Under the pieces are notes generated by a model. The model was given only the letters and a program-made list of their open reading frames with translations, was not told where the DNA came from and did not search any database. A program made the translations under genes and the position numbers. A stretch of DNA of 64,000 nt from Fistulifera solaris (Eukaryota): assembly GCA_030295235.1 (NCBI GenBank), contig AP026164.1:496001-560000 (forward strand), written 5' to 3'. Shown one piece after another: positions 63,247-64,000 of the stretch; within the stretch, counting starts at the first letter, position 1, and every line of letters starts with the position of its first letter.

Positions 63247-64000
63247 ATGGAAGACGAAAAAGCCAGTAACGACCGCATCGGTCACGCCGAAGTTCACTTT
63301 AACGACGAGGACGACGACCCGGAAGAGAGCGAGGACGATGAAGAAGAATCCAGTGACGGGGATGAAGACTTATCCGATGTATCTCATGAGGAAAATGCTT
63401 CGGATGATGATGAAGACATACTTCTTTATTCTGCTGATCACTACGACGAAGACAACTTACCGGACTATTCTTGTCGTTATTGCGGTATTCACAATCCATC
63501 TTGCGTTGCGATGTGTGTGGAGTCCAAAAAGTGGTTCTGCAATTCATCGGGTACAACCGGTTGCAGCCATCTCGTCCACCACTTAGTTCGATCGCGCTCT
63601 CACCAGGTTCAGCTGCACCCTAATAGTCCCTTAGCGGACACTGTTTTGGAATGTTATAATTGCGCTTCGAAGAACGTCTTTGTTCTGGGATTCGTCCCTG
63701 CCAGTGCCAGTTCGGTTGTTGTTTTGCTGTGTCGTGTGTGCGTTGAGACAGTGCCTGCTTTGAAAGACATGGATTGGGAACTTTCACAGTGGCATCCGGT
63801 GTTGCAGGATCGACAATTTCTTCCGTGGTTACTGTCGGTGCCATCGGAAAAGCTTCAGTTGCGCGCACGGGATATCTCGCAAGCTCAAATGGCAAGGTTG
63901 GAGGAGCTGTGGAAAACAAATCCGGAAGCTCGCTATGCGGATTTGAATCGCCCGGAAATAACGGAAGAGCAGGATCTACCTTCCGTGCAGCGTGTGTACG
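63247..64000 (+). CDS. UPF1: Regulator of nonsense transcripts 1, 5' part (runs off the window)
   Basis: Acidic N-terminus, then the CH zinc domain: 'LPDYSCRYCGIHNPSCVAMCVESKKWFCN..SHLVHHLVRSRSHQVQLHPNSPLADTVLECYNCASKNVFVLGFVP..VVLLCRVC'. Confidence 0.95.
   Translation, partial: MEDEKASNDRIGHAEVHFNDEDDDPEESEDDEEESSDGDEDLSDVSHEENASDDDEDILLYSADHYDEDNLPDYSCRYCGIHNPSCVAMCVESKKWFCNSSGTTGCSHLVHHLVRSRSHQVQLHPNSPLADTVLECYNCASKNVFVLGFVPASASSVVVLLCRVCVETVPALKDMDWELSQWHPVLQDRQFLPWLLSVPSEKLQLRARDISQAQMARLEELWKTNPEARYADLNRPEITEEQDLPSVQRVY

Overview
Gene-dense eukaryotic nuclear DNA, most likely from a diatom. The evidence is short GT-AG introns, bipartite signal peptide + 'AF' plastid-targeting presequences on bestrophin, PDS, PNPase and an AAA ATPase, and division-2 chitin synthases. 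I can support about 26 protein genes: choline transporter-like, DUS2-like, GGCT/ChaC-like, plastid bestrophin, SNF2/SMARCAL1-like helicase, COG4, an alpha/beta hydrolase, tetra-ubiquitin, two head-to-head chitin synthases, PDS, two L7/L12 paralogs flanking ALDH6, an amino-acid transporter, an NSF-like AAA ATPase, a sulfotransferase-like protein, PNPase, CK2-beta, EMC4, ascorbate peroxidase, a zinc-finger/KOW protein, TPS/TPP, a serine racemase-like enzyme, a phytol/farnesol kinase-like protein, the 5' part of UPF1 and two hypothetical proteins. About 19 frameshifts sit in homopolymer runs and are most likely long-read assembly errors. The unexplained structure is non-coding: (1) an 11-unit, 52-bp palindromic tandem array with a degenerate relative 44 kb away; (2) a dispersed 24-bp imperfect palindrome that occurs twice as direct pairs spaced exactly 204 bp apart around unrelated DNA; (3) recurrent intergenic TACC(W)GGTA palindromes; (4) an 8-tract G-quadruplex motif. 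No tRNA, rRNA, CRISPR-Cas or transposase was seen. All calls come from manual motif recognition; no database searches were run.
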